DNA of 64,000 bases, taken from positions 4,720 to 68,719 of the forward strand of contig DASXFV010000038.1 of assembly GCA_036489445.1 (NCBI GenBank), given 5' to 3'. The DNA is from Steroidobacteraceae bacterium. Lineage in GTDB: Bacteria; Pseudomonadota; Gammaproteobacteria; Steroidobacterales; Steroidobacteraceae. The translations under genes were made by a program, and so were the position numbers. Under the pieces are notes generated by a model that saw nothing but the letters and a program-made list of their open reading frames with translations, made no database searches and had not been told where the DNA came from. Position 1 is the first letter of the stretch, and each line of letters opens with the position of its first letter. Positions 54,984 to 63,431 of the stretch are shown one piece after another.

Positions 54984-56441
54984 TCATGCCTGGTGTGCCC
55001 GCAGGAAGCGGAAGAACTCGACGCCCTCGCGCAGGCGGCGCTTCATCATCTCCCAGCTGCCGAGCATCTCGCGCACGATCTCCCAGATCTTTCCGGGGCG
55101 GAAGTAGAAGCGCTTGTAGAACACTTCCATGCTGTGAAAGATCTGTTCCTTGGACAGGTGCGGATAGCTGATGGCCGCCAGCTGCACGCCATGATCATTG
55201 ACCAGATTCACCGCCTCATTTTCCTGCAGCCAGCCATTCTCCACCGCCTGTCGGTACAAGGTGGTGCCCGGATAGGGCGCGGCGAGTGATACCTGGATGG
55301 TGTGCGGATTGATCTCTTTGGCGAAGTTGATGGTCTTTTCGATGGTCTCGGTGGTTTCGCCCGGCAGCCCCAGGATGAAGGTGCCATGGATGAGGATGCC
55401 GAGCTTGCGGCAGTCTTCGGTGAAACGCCGCGCGATGTCGGTACGCAGGCCCTTCTTGATGTTCAGCAGAATCTGATCGTCCCCGGACTCATAGCCCACG
55501 AGCAGCAGGCGCAGCCCGTTCTCCTTCATGACCTTCAGAGTCTTGAACGGAACATTGGCTTTGGCGTTACAGCTCCAGGTCATGCCCAGCTCCCCCATGC
55601 CCTTGGCGATCGCTTCGACGCGTGGCAGGTTGGAGGTATCCGTGAAGGTGTCATCATCAAACATGATCTCCTTCACGTCCGGCATGTTGTCCTTGATCCA
55701 GCGAACTTCTGCGATGACGTTCGCGGCGGATCGCACGCGATAGCGATGACCGCCCACGGTCTGTGGCCAGAGGCAGAACGTGCACTTCGAACGGCAGCCG
55801 CGGCCGGTGTAGAAGCTGACGTACGGATGCTTCAGGTAGCCAATGAAGTAATTGCGGATGGTGAGGTCCCGCTGATACACCGGAGCGACGAACGGCAGTT
55901 CGTCCATGTTTTCGAGGATCGCGCGCGGCAGGTTGTGGACGATGCGGCCGTCTGCATTGCGATACGACAGTCCTTTGATGTCCTGGATCGGCGCACCCGC
56001 GGCGACTTCCTGGCAGGTGTAGTCAAATTCTTCGCGGCAGACGAAATCGATGGCGGTGGTGGCTTTGAGCGAACCTTCCGGGTCGACCATGGGCTTGGCG
56101 CCCACCAGGCCGACGCGCACCTGCGGGTTGTCTTGTTTGAGCAGTTCAGCGAAGCGCGCATCGGTGGGGAACGAGGGGGTACTGGTGTGCATGATGACCA
56201 GGTCGTAATCGCGTGCAATCCTGCGGGTCTGCTCAACCGTCAGCTCATCGGCAGGAGCATCCACCACCCGGGAATTCGGCACCAGAGCGGCCGGTTGCGC
56301 CAGCCATGTCGGGAACCAGAAAGACTTGATCTCACGCTTGGCCTGGTAGCGCGAACCTGCGCCGCCATCGAAGCCTTCAAACGACGGGGCCTGGAGAAAC
56401 AGAGTCTTGAGAGATTTTAGGGGCTGGGACTCAGGAATCAT
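54984..56441 (-). CDS. hpnJ: B12-binding radical SAM protein, HpnJ-like (start uncertain: 56441, 56453 or 56486)
   Basis: TLFLQAPSFEGFDGGAGSRYQAKREIKSFWFPTWLAQPAALV matches the HpnJ N-terminus. Radical-SAM Cys cluster GRGCRSKCTFC. Confidence 0.85.
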   Translation of the reverse strand: MIPESQPLKSLKTLFLQAPSFEGFDGGAGSRYQAKREIKSFWFPTWLAQPAALVPNSRVVDAPADELTVEQTRRIARDYDLVIMHTSTPSFPTDARFAELLKQDNPQVRVGLVGAKPMVDPEGSLKATTAIDFVCREEFDYTCQEVAAGAPIQDIKGLSYRNADGRIVHNLPRAILENMDELPFVAPVYQRDLTIRNYFIGYLKHPYVSFYTGRGCRSKCTFCLWPQTVGGHRYRVRSAANVIAEVRWIKDNMPDVKEIMFDDDTFTDTSNLPRVEAIAKGMGELGMTWSCNAKANVPFKTLKVMKENGLRLLLVGYESGDDQILLNIKKGLRTDIARRFTEDCRKLGILIHGTFILGLPGETTETIEKTINFAKEINPHTIQVSLAAPYPGTTLYRQAVENGWLQENEAVNLVNDHGVQLAAISYPHLSKEQIFHSMEVFYKRFYFRPGKIWEIVREMLGSWEMMKRRLREGVEFFRFLRAHQA

Positions 56442-56722
56442 TGGATCTTCCATGCGCAACATCGAGGCCGATGATGACGCGGGCATGTTTAAAAATGAAG
56501 TCAGATGTCCAACTATACTTTACACGATAGAGTTCAGTCGCATCTCCACGAACATATCTGCTGAATTGATGTTCCGAAGGGCTAAGTCCACGTTCCCTTG
56601 GAAGGGTCACGAAAGCCTCCGGTGCAGCCAGACATACCGCCAGGGCAGGGCGCTTCTGGGCCCGGTGGCTGAAGTGTTACTCTTGTGCCATTGCAGTGCA
56701 AACTAAACTATAAGGCACCCGC

Positions 56723-57643
56723 GTGCGACTCCATCCAACCGGCAAATTCGATAACCACGCAGCCCCGTACCAGCACATCCAGGTGCTGCCGCTCGCTGCT
56801 TCCATGGGCGCTGAAATATGTGGGGTGCAGGCAGCGGAGGTGACGGACGCGCAGTTTGAGGAAATCCGCCACGCGTTGTTCCGCCACAAGATGATCTACC
56901 TGCGCGGTCAACGGCTCACGCATGAATCGCATGCGGCCTTCAGCTTGCGCTTCGGGCCCTTTGCCGAGGATGCCTACACCCAGGGTGTGCCGGGGCACCG
57001 CAACGTGCATCCGCTGATCAAGGAGGCGGATGATCCTTCAAAGATGGTGTTCGGTGAAGGCTGGCACACCGATTCGCCGTTTTTGCCAGAGCCGCCCGCC
57101 ATCACGTCGCTGCGCTCGGTGCAGATTCCGCCTTTTGGTGGCGATACCACCTGGGCCAATTCAGCCCTGGCCTACACGAATCTGAGTGACACCTATCGTC
57201 GCCTGATTGCCGACCTCAAGGTGCATTTCTCCCTGCGGGATGTGTTGCGATCGGCGCAGGAGGCGGTCCAGGTGAGCGACAGTCCCATCGGGCAGCTGGC
57301 GGCGACGCGCGGTGAAAAGCTGTCCGAAAGCCTGGTGCGCAAGATCAATGGTAATTACCACCCGCTGGTGCGCACGCATCCTGTTACCGGTGAGAAGGCG
57401 TTGTATGTGGATCCGTCCTATGGAATCGGCATCGAAGGCATGCACCCCGAGGAATCGGCGCCCATTCTCAAATACCTGACGGACCATCTCACCCAGCCGG
57501 TCTTCGCCTGCCGCCTGCGCTGGGAGACCCAGATGCTTGCGCTGTGGGACAACCGGCTGTGCGTGCATCAGGCGTACAACGACTACCCGGGTTATCGCCG
57601 GGAGTTGTACCGGACGACGGTGCGCGGGGAAAAGCCGGCCTGA
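56723..57643 (+). CDS. TauD/TfdA-family Fe(II)/2-oxoglutarate dioxygenase
   Basis: GTG start. GWHTDSPF (HxD facial triad), TTWANSALAY, LWDNRLCVHQA motifs. Confidence 0.85.
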   Translation: MRLHPTGKFDNHAAPYQHIQVLPLAASMGAEICGVQAAEVTDAQFEEIRHALFRHKMIYLRGQRLTHESHAAFSLRFGPFAEDAYTQGVPGHRNVHPLIKEADDPSKMVFGEGWHTDSPFLPEPPAITSLRSVQIPPFGGDTTWANSALAYTNLSDTYRRLIADLKVHFSLRDVLRSAQEAVQVSDSPIGQLAATRGEKLSESLVRKINGNYHPLVRTHPVTGEKALYVDPSYGIGIEGMHPEESAPILKYLTDHLTQPVFACRLRWETQMLALWDNRLCVHQAYNDYPGYRRELYRTTVRGEKPA

Positions 57644-57670
57644 AACAAAAGGCCCGGTCGCTCCCGGGCC
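57644..57670 (-). terminator. rho-independent terminator after rpmG (may also serve the convergent tauD-like gene)
   Basis: GGCCCGG (57651-57) / CCGGGCC (57664-70) stem with a 6-nt loop. On the minus strand it is followed by TTTTGTT (complement of 57644-57650). Lies 31 nt after the rpmG stop. Confidence 0.6.
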
Positions 57671-57700
57671 TGTTGCGGTTCGCGAATCCTGGACGGGCTG

Positions 57701-57856
57701 CTACTTGATCTTGGTCTCTTTATAAGAGACGTGCTTGCGGACCACGGGGTCAAACTTCTTCACCTCGAGCTTGTCCGGGTGCAGACGCTTGTTCTTGGTG
57801 GTGACGTAGAAGTGACCGGATCCGGCCGATGACAACAGTTTGATCTTCTCGCGCAT
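57701..57856 (-). CDS. rpmG: 50S ribosomal protein L33
   Basis: Not in the ORF track (51 aa). My translation: [57 protein letters not shown] sits upstream of the ATG. Confidence 0.95.
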   Translation of the reverse strand: MREKIKLLSSAGSGHFYVTTKNKRLHPDKLEVKKFDPVVRKHVSYKETKIK

Positions 57857-57886
57857 GACTGGCTCTCCGTTGGCTGTGCAGAAGAA

Positions 57887-58123
57887 TCAGATCTTCTCGC
57901 CCTGCTCACGCAGTTCGGCAACGATCACATCGATGCCCTTTTTCTCAATGGTGCGCAGACCATGGATGGACACGCGCAGCGACACCCAGCGCTTCTCCGA
58001 CTCGAGCCAGAAACGCTGGCGGTGCAGGTTCGGCAGGAAGCGGCGCCGTACCCGGTTGTTCGCGTGCGATACGCTATTCCCCGTGGCGGGGCCCTTGCCA
58101 GTGATCGCGCAGACGCGGGACAT
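57887..58123 (-). CDS. rpmB: 50S ribosomal protein L28
   Basis: ATG at 58123 gives [33 protein letters not shown]..., the canonical L28. Confidence 0.95.
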   Translation of the reverse strand: MSRVCAITGKGPATGNSVSHANNRVRRRFLPNLHRQRFWLESEKRWVSLRVSIHGLRTIEKKGIDVIVAELREQGEKI

Positions 58124-58191
58124 AAACTTAACCTTTAGGATCAATTAGTTACGGAACGCCGGATGTTCCGGACAGCCCGCTGGGGCCGAGC

Positions 58192-58220
58192 TTTATACCA
58201 GCCGGAAGGGCTTCCCGCAA
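58192..58220 (-). promoter_or_regulatory. putative sigma-70 promoter of rpmB-rpmG
   Basis: Minus strand reads TTGCGG (complement of 58215-58220), 17 nt, TATAAA (complement of 58192-58197), about 70 nt upstream of the rpmB ATG. Confidence 0.35.
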
Positions 58221-58271
58221 GGCGTAGAACCGCCTTGCCGCCCAGCAGGTGGGCATCCTATAGCAAATCGT

Positions 58272-59303
58272 TCAACCGATGATGTCGCGAGTGGATGTTA
58301 CGAGAATGCATGTACAGCCCGTCTCGCTCCACACGCGCTTGTCGGTAGTTCCGGGCTCGCTGCGGTTGTAATCGCCTCGATGCAGCTTACGCTCGTCGAT
58401 CCAAAGCTCGCCCTGCAGCAAGTGCAGGGTTTCCACGCCGGTATGCATGTGGGGCGGATATTCGGCACCAGGTGCGAGACGCACCAGCATGCTGATGCGT
58501 TCGCGCTGCGTCTCGGTCGCAAGTATTCTGCAATATATGCCCGGGGCCGGCTGTTCCCACTCTGCCTCATGCTCAGGAACGGTCGCCTTCACCAAGGGCG
58601 CGTCATCTCGGTCTGGGGTAATTCGTGCTGTGATTCGGCTCCAAAGTGATGCCGCGAAAGGCAGCGAATCTGACGACCCATCGACCATCACTTCGAAAAC
58701 TTGAGTAGCAGCCGGCGAATCGCTCTTTCTCGGATCATCCCCATGCGCTCCTTCGAGTGCCCTTGAGCGCGCCTGGTTCATGATCCACCCGACTACCGTG
58801 TCATCCAGTGGCTCGAACGTGCCCGAGCGTTGCCACAAGTCCTCGAACACGTTGACGGCCAATTCCTCCGTAGCGAACCAGTCATTGGTGATTCCCATGA
58901 TCAAGGTAATGATCAGGCGATGTGTCCACATATATAGGGTCCGAAACGCGTTTTGATCTCGCTCCGCGACGCCGCGGACCAAAGCGACCCATTGCGCCTC
59001 GGATGTTCCGTCCCTGGCCTTATCGGCGTACAGCAGATCCCCCAGCGTCGACCTCTTCAGATCCCGTCGCGCCACGCGCATGGCCATCCGCTCGAACAGC
59101 AGAGCCAACCGCTCAAATTCGGTACGCCCTTCAGAGGACGTGGCGTCGCGCGTATGTGCCCACAGAACGGCGGCGCGCCTGATGAGTACCTGCATGTCGC
59201 TCACTGGCGAACGCGGCTGTTTTTCGTCGGATGGCAACTGAGGAAGTCCGAATGAAGAGACCTCAACGACTACCCAGCGAAGCATAACAGCAGTGGTCCG
59301 CAA
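58272..59303 (-). CDS. fusion protein: sigma-70 region-2-like domain plus ChrR-type (anti-sigma) cupin domain; no region 4, no zinc anti-sigma motif (start uncertain, alternative ATG at 59195)
   Basis: Region-2-like NAFRTLYMWTHRLIITLIMGITNDWFATEELAVNVFEDLWQRSGTFEP..VVGWIMNQARSRALE. Then LWSRITARI and the cupin core MLVRLAPGAEYPPHMHTGVETLHLLQGELWIDERKLHRGDY. GC is visibly lower than in flanking genes. Confidence 0.6.
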   Translation of the reverse strand: MRTTAVMLRWVVVEVSSFGLPQLPSDEKQPRSPVSDMQVLIRRAAVLWAHTRDATSSEGRTEFERLALLFERMAMRVARRDLKRSTLGDLLYADKARDGTSEAQWVALVRGVAERDQNAFRTLYMWTHRLIITLIMGITNDWFATEELAVNVFEDLWQRSGTFEPLDDTVVGWIMNQARSRALEGAHGDDPRKSDSPAATQVFEVMVDGSSDSLPFAASLWSRITARITPDRDDAPLVKATVPEHEAEWEQPAPGIYCRILATETQRERISMLVRLAPGAEYPPHMHTGVETLHLLQGELWIDERKLHRGDYNRSEPGTTDKRVWSETGCTCILVTSTRDIIG

Positions 59304-59425
59304 CGGTGCCAGAATGGTCCTACGGCGATAAGCGCCGTGGTCCTACGGATTTACGAGTCGCTCTCAGTCACACAAGCTGCTGCGGTGCAGTTTCCTCCCG
59401 CGGCAGGAGCGAGATACTCCACATT

Positions 59426-60004
59426 TTAGAGAAGTCCCCGTTCGCAGAGCGAAACCGCCTCCCCGCCGGCGATGATGAGATGGTCGAGCACCCGGATGTC
59501 GACCAGTCCCAGCGCTTCCTTCAGCCGCTGCGTGATCAGTTCATCCGCCGCACTCGGCTCAGCAATCCCGGAAGGGTGTGGATGCGCGAGGATGATCGCC
59601 GCGGCATTACGGGCTAGAGCAAGTTTCACCACTTCTCGCGGATGCACGCTTGCCCCATCGATCGTGCCGCGAAAGAGTTCCACGTACTCGATGAGCCGAT
59701 GACGCGTGTCGAGCAGCAGGACGGCGAACACTTCATGTTCGAGTGCCCCGAGCTTGGTCGTCAGGAAATCGCGTACAGCGCTCGGTGAGTCGAGCGGTGC
59801 GCCACGCCGGACACGGCGCGTCATCAGTTGCCGCGAGGCGGCGATCACCTCTGTCGCAGTTGCCAGCCGCAGTTCGTCGCAATCTCCCCGGATCCACAGC
59901 CGCCGTGCTGGATCCAGCCGCGGGATCTCAGCCTCGAATAGCGGGCCGCTATCCTCGTCCTGGCCTGCCTGGAGCGGCAGGCGGCGTTGCATGGGCGCCC
60001 TCAT
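59426..60004 (-). CDS. radC: RadC-like JAB/MPN domain protein lacking the usual HhH N-terminal domain
   Basis: [75 protein letters not shown]. Sits between rpmB and coaBC, where E. coli yicR lies. Confidence 0.85.
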   Translation of the reverse strand: MRAPMQRRLPLQAGQDEDSGPLFEAEIPRLDPARRLWIRGDCDELRLATATEVIAASRQLMTRRVRRGAPLDSPSAVRDFLTTKLGALEHEVFAVLLLDTRHRLIEYVELFRGTIDGASVHPREVVKLALARNAAAIILAHPHPSGIAEPSAADELITQRLKEALGLVDIRVLDHLIIAGGEAVSLCERGLL

Positions 60005-60217
60005 GGCGCTGTACTCCCATCCAGTGCGTGTCCCGCGCCGGGAAGCGTGGGTCCGAATCGGAGCTTTTCACGCGGCCGCTCGGAAGGCAGCCAGTTGTGG
60101 ATCGACATGACCGCAGTGTCTGGTGCGAACCGACATGCGACCAGCTTCTAATCGGGTGTAGATATCGTTATTTGCAGCCCGCCAGGACGGAACGGATAAT
60201 GCCCCTCAAGAGGGTCT

Positions 60218-61462
60218 ATGCACGGCAAACACATCCTGCTCGGCGTCACTGGCGGCATTGCCGCCTATAAGAGTGCGGACCTGGTGCGTCGCCTGCGTGA
60301 GCGGGGAGCCGAGGTGCAGGTGGTGATGACGGATGGTGCCCGTGAGTTCGTGACACCCATGACCTTCCAGGCACTGTCCGGCCGACCGGTGCGCACTGAC
60401 TTGTGGGATCCGGCGGCCGAAGCCTCCATGGGCCATATCGAGCTGGCCCGCTGGGCAGATCTGGTGTTGATCGCGCCAGCCAGCGCGGATTTCCTGGCGC
60501 GCCTCGCGGGCGGGCGCGCCGATGATCTGCTGGCCACCACCTGTCTGGCGACCGCTGCCCCCCTCGCGCTGGCGCCGGCCATGAATCATCAGATGTGGGC
60601 GAATCCTGCGACCCAGGCCAACGTGGCCTTGCTGAAGGAGCGCGGAGTCCATGTCTTCGGTCCCGGCACGGGCGATCAGGCGTGCGGGGAAGTCGGCGCG
60701 GGACGCATGCTGGAACCCACGGAACTGGCCGCGCTCGCGGACTCCACCCTGGTGCCCAGCGGTGTGTTGAGCGGCCGGCGCGTGGTGATCACCGCCGGTC
60801 CGACCCGCGAACCGATCGATCCGGTGCGTTTCATCAGCAATCGCAGTTCCGGGAAGATGGGTTTTGCCGTCGCCCAAGCGGCGCGCGAGGCCGGGGCGCA
60901 GGTGGTGATGATCTGTGGTCCGGTGTCGCTGCCCACCCCGGCCGGCGTCCGGCGCATCGATGTGGAGAGCGCCGCGGACATGCTGGCAGCCGTTCAGGAG
61001 CAGGTTCAACCCGCGGACATCTTCATCTCCACGGCGGCGGTGGCCGACTATCGTCCCGCACAGGCTGCGACCCATAAGATCAAGAAGACCGAGGAAAGCC
61101 TGGCACTGCAGATGGCCCGAACGACGGACATCATCGGCACGCTGGCCGCCAGCCCGATGCGCCCGGTATTTGTGGTGGGATTCGCGGCCGAGACGGATAC
61201 CGTGGAGCAGAACGCGCGTTCCAAGATGCTGCGCAAGAACCTGGACATGATCGCCGGCAACGAGGTGGGTCATGACAAGGCTTTCGACTGCGCCGACAAC
61301 GAACTGATTGTGCTTTGGCGCAATGGCCGCAAGCTCCTGCCGCGCAATACCAAGACGCAACTGGCGCGCGAACTGATCGACCTCATTGCCACGGTGCTTG
61401 CCGAACGTCAGGCTGATGCGGCCCGTTTGGCCTCCCTGCAGGCCGCTGCCACCAAAGGCTGA
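60218..61462 (+). CDS. coaBC: bifunctional phosphopantothenoylcysteine decarboxylase / phosphopantothenate-cysteine ligase
   Basis: [14 protein letters not shown] flavoprotein N-terminus, PAMNHQMW, C-terminal CoaB domain ([25 protein letters not shown]). Confidence 0.95.
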   Translation: MHGKHILLGVTGGIAAYKSADLVRRLRERGAEVQVVMTDGAREFVTPMTFQALSGRPVRTDLWDPAAEASMGHIELARWADLVLIAPASADFLARLAGGRADDLLATTCLATAAPLALAPAMNHQMWANPATQANVALLKERGVHVFGPGTGDQACGEVGAGRMLEPTELAALADSTLVPSGVLSGRRVVITAGPTREPIDPVRFISNRSSGKMGFAVAQAAREAGAQVVMICGPVSLPTPAGVRRIDVESAADMLAAVQEQVQPADIFISTAAVADYRPAQAATHKIKKTEESLALQMARTTDIIGTLAASPMRPVFVVGFAAETDTVEQNARSKMLRKNLDMIAGNEVGHDKAFDCADNELIVLWRNGRKLLPRNTKTQLARELIDLIATVLAERQADAARLASLQAAATKG

Positions 61463-61464
61463 CC

Positions 61465-61938
61465 ATGGATGTGACGCCTCGCAAGCACCCGCTGCAGGTG
61501 CGCATTCTCGATGCGCGCGTGGGTCGGGATTTTCCGCTGCCGGCGTACGCCACCCAGGGCTCCGCCGGCATGGATCTGCGCGCCTGCCTGGACGCTCCGT
61601 TGCTGCTGGCGCCGGGACAGACACAGCTGATTGCCACCGGCTTGGCCATTCACATCGATGACCCGGGCCTGGCCGCCATTATTCTGCCGCGTTCGGGGTT
61701 GGGCCATAAGCATGGCATCGTGCTGGGCAACCTGGTGGGTCTGATCGACTCGGATTATCAGGGGCAGGTGATGGTCTCGATGTGGAACCGCGGCCCCACC
61801 GCTTTCACCATCGAACCGGGCGAGCGCATTGCGCAGCTGCTGGTGATCCCGGTGGTGCAGGTGGAGCTTACGGTGGTCGATGATTTTACGACCAGCGCCC
61901 GCGGGGCGGGCGGTTTCGGGCATTCCGGGCGCGGCTGA
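61465..61938 (+). CDS. dut: dUTP diphosphatase
   Basis: [43 protein letters not shown] and GGFGHSG motifs. Confidence 0.95.
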   Translation: MDVTPRKHPLQVRILDARVGRDFPLPAYATQGSAGMDLRACLDAPLLLAPGQTQLIATGLAIHIDDPGLAAIILPRSGLGHKHGIVLGNLVGLIDSDYQGQVMVSMWNRGPTAFTIEPGERIAQLLVIPVVQVELTVVDDFTTSARGAGGFGHSGRG

Positions 61939-61951
61939 CCCGGCGCTCCGA

Positions 61952-62593
61952 TCAGTGCGCAACCGCCTGGGCGGCACGCAATTCCTTGTAGCGGTCGATG
62001 TCCGCCTGGAACTGGACCTGAGTCTTGGTTTCTTCGTCCTGGCTGGAGTTCAAGGCTGCCTTCTGGGTGCGCATGTCATTGATGGTATGCACCATCTGCT
62101 CGGCCAGATCGTCAGGCATGCGCCGCGCGTCGGCGCGGGGGCTGTAGGGCCTGAAGTTCTGCGCCCGGACCTGCAGCGAGGACAGCCGATCGCCCAGGGA
62201 GGCGATATATTGCTCGGCGGCCAGGCGCTGACCCTTGATTTGCAGCAGCCGCTCGTCCCGCAACTGTTCGATGTCCTTGACCGAGGTGTAAGTGGCGAGC
62301 AGGAAGCCGTCATGCTGTTTCTGTCGCGCCAACTGCTCTGCGGCAGCGTTCTCGGTGGCCAATTCCGCGGCGGACTTGGGGGCATCCCTGTGGCCGATGG
62401 CCACGCCCTCCTTGTTGAGCACGGTGCTTTCTTTCTGGGCGTACTGCGGCGGGATGCTATCCCCATAATGAACGACGCCCTGATCGTCCACCCACTTGTA
62501 GGTGGCCGGGGCCGCGGCCCACACGGCGGCACTGCCGGCGCACAGGCACAGCAGGGCCAGACTCAAGGTTGCGGCACGGGGGGATCTTGGCAT
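61952..62593 (-). CDS. DUF4124 domain secreted protein with C-terminal coiled coil
   Basis: Signal peptide followed by YKWVDDQGVVHYGDSIP, the DUF4124 signature. Confidence 0.75.
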   Translation of the reverse strand: MPRSPRAATLSLALLCLCAGSAAVWAAAPATYKWVDDQGVVHYGDSIPPQYAQKESTVLNKEGVAIGHRDAPKSAAELATENAAAEQLARQKQHDGFLLATYTSVKDIEQLRDERLLQIKGQRLAAEQYIASLGDRLSSLQVRAQNFRPYSPRADARRMPDDLAEQMVHTINDMRTQKAALNSSQDEETKTQVQFQADIDRYKELRAAQAVAH

Positions 62594-62664
62594 GGTGTCA
62601 GAGGTGTCGGACTCGTATCGGCTTGCCGCGCATCATGTCCCGGTCGTATCCGACGCCGCAAGTG

Positions 62665-63324
62665 TCAGGAGACGCCAAATTGTGCGCGATACGCCCTCAG
62701 GGCCGTGAGCTGTTGCGCAGAAATGCGAGCGCGGCCATCCGGAGGGTTCTCCAGGGCAGCCACCAGCTCGCCAAGTGTGAGGATGCTCACACAACTGACG
62801 CCCTGGGTCGCCTGCAGCTCCTGCACTGCGGAACGCTCCGCCTGACCTCGCTCCTGCCGGTCCAGCGCCAGCAACATGGCCACCGGGGTCGCACCGGCCT
62901 GGCGGATCAGATCGATCGCCTCGCGTTTGGCGGCGCCGTCTGAAATCACATCATCCACGATCACGACCCGGCCGGTGAGGGGCGTGCCGACGACATTGCC
63001 GCCTTCCCCATGCTGCTTGGCTTCCTTGCGGTTGAAGGCGTAGGGCACATTGCGTCCCTGGTGATCCGCCAGGGCCACTGCGGTGGCCGTCGCCAGCGGG
63101 ATTCCTTTGTAGGCGGGCCCGAACAGCATGTCGAATGCCAACCCCGAGGCCACCAGGGCGGCGGCGTAACAGCGGCCCAGGGCGCTGGTGGCGGCGCCAT
63201 CGCTGAACAGCCCCGCGTTAAAGAAATACGGGCTCTCGCGTCCGGACTTGAGCGTGAAGCGCCCGAAGCGCAAGGCGTCGCGCGCCATGGCGAGATCTAT
63301 GAATTCGAGTTGATAGTTGTGCAT
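62665..63324 (-). CDS. pyrE: orotate phosphoribosyltransferase
   Basis: The ATG at 63324 (MHNYQLEFIDLA...) aligns with the E. coli PyrE start. FTLKSGRESPYFFNAGLF. PRPP motif VVIVDDVISDGAAK. The track ORF starts at GTG 63333. Confidence 0.93.
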   Translation of the reverse strand: MHNYQLEFIDLAMARDALRFGRFTLKSGRESPYFFNAGLFSDGAATSALGRCYAAALVASGLAFDMLFGPAYKGIPLATATAVALADHQGRNVPYAFNRKEAKQHGEGGNVVGTPLTGRVVIVDDVISDGAAKREAIDLIRQAGATPVAMLLALDRQERGQAERSAVQELQATQGVSCVSILTLGELVAALENPPDGRARISAQQLTALRAYRAQFGVS

Positions 63325-63431
63325 GATCGTCACTTGGCGACGGCGGATGTCTGACTTTGGAGCGGTAGATTATTACATCGAATTCCACCCACCCATGGCT
63401 TCGGGCAGCGCTGGTCTATCGGCAGCCGCGG

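Noticed and set aside
56487-56722. Possible cobalamin riboswitch upstream of the B12-binding radical SAM gene hpnJ (GCCACCG and AAGGGAAC strings on the minus strand).
   Set aside because: The B12-box-like string is imperfect (GCCACCG rather than GCCACTG). It lies 5' rather than 3' of the AGGGAA-like element, and the conserved GGTG...AA.TCC core is missing. It looks like a chance resemblance in an AT-richer divergent promoter region.
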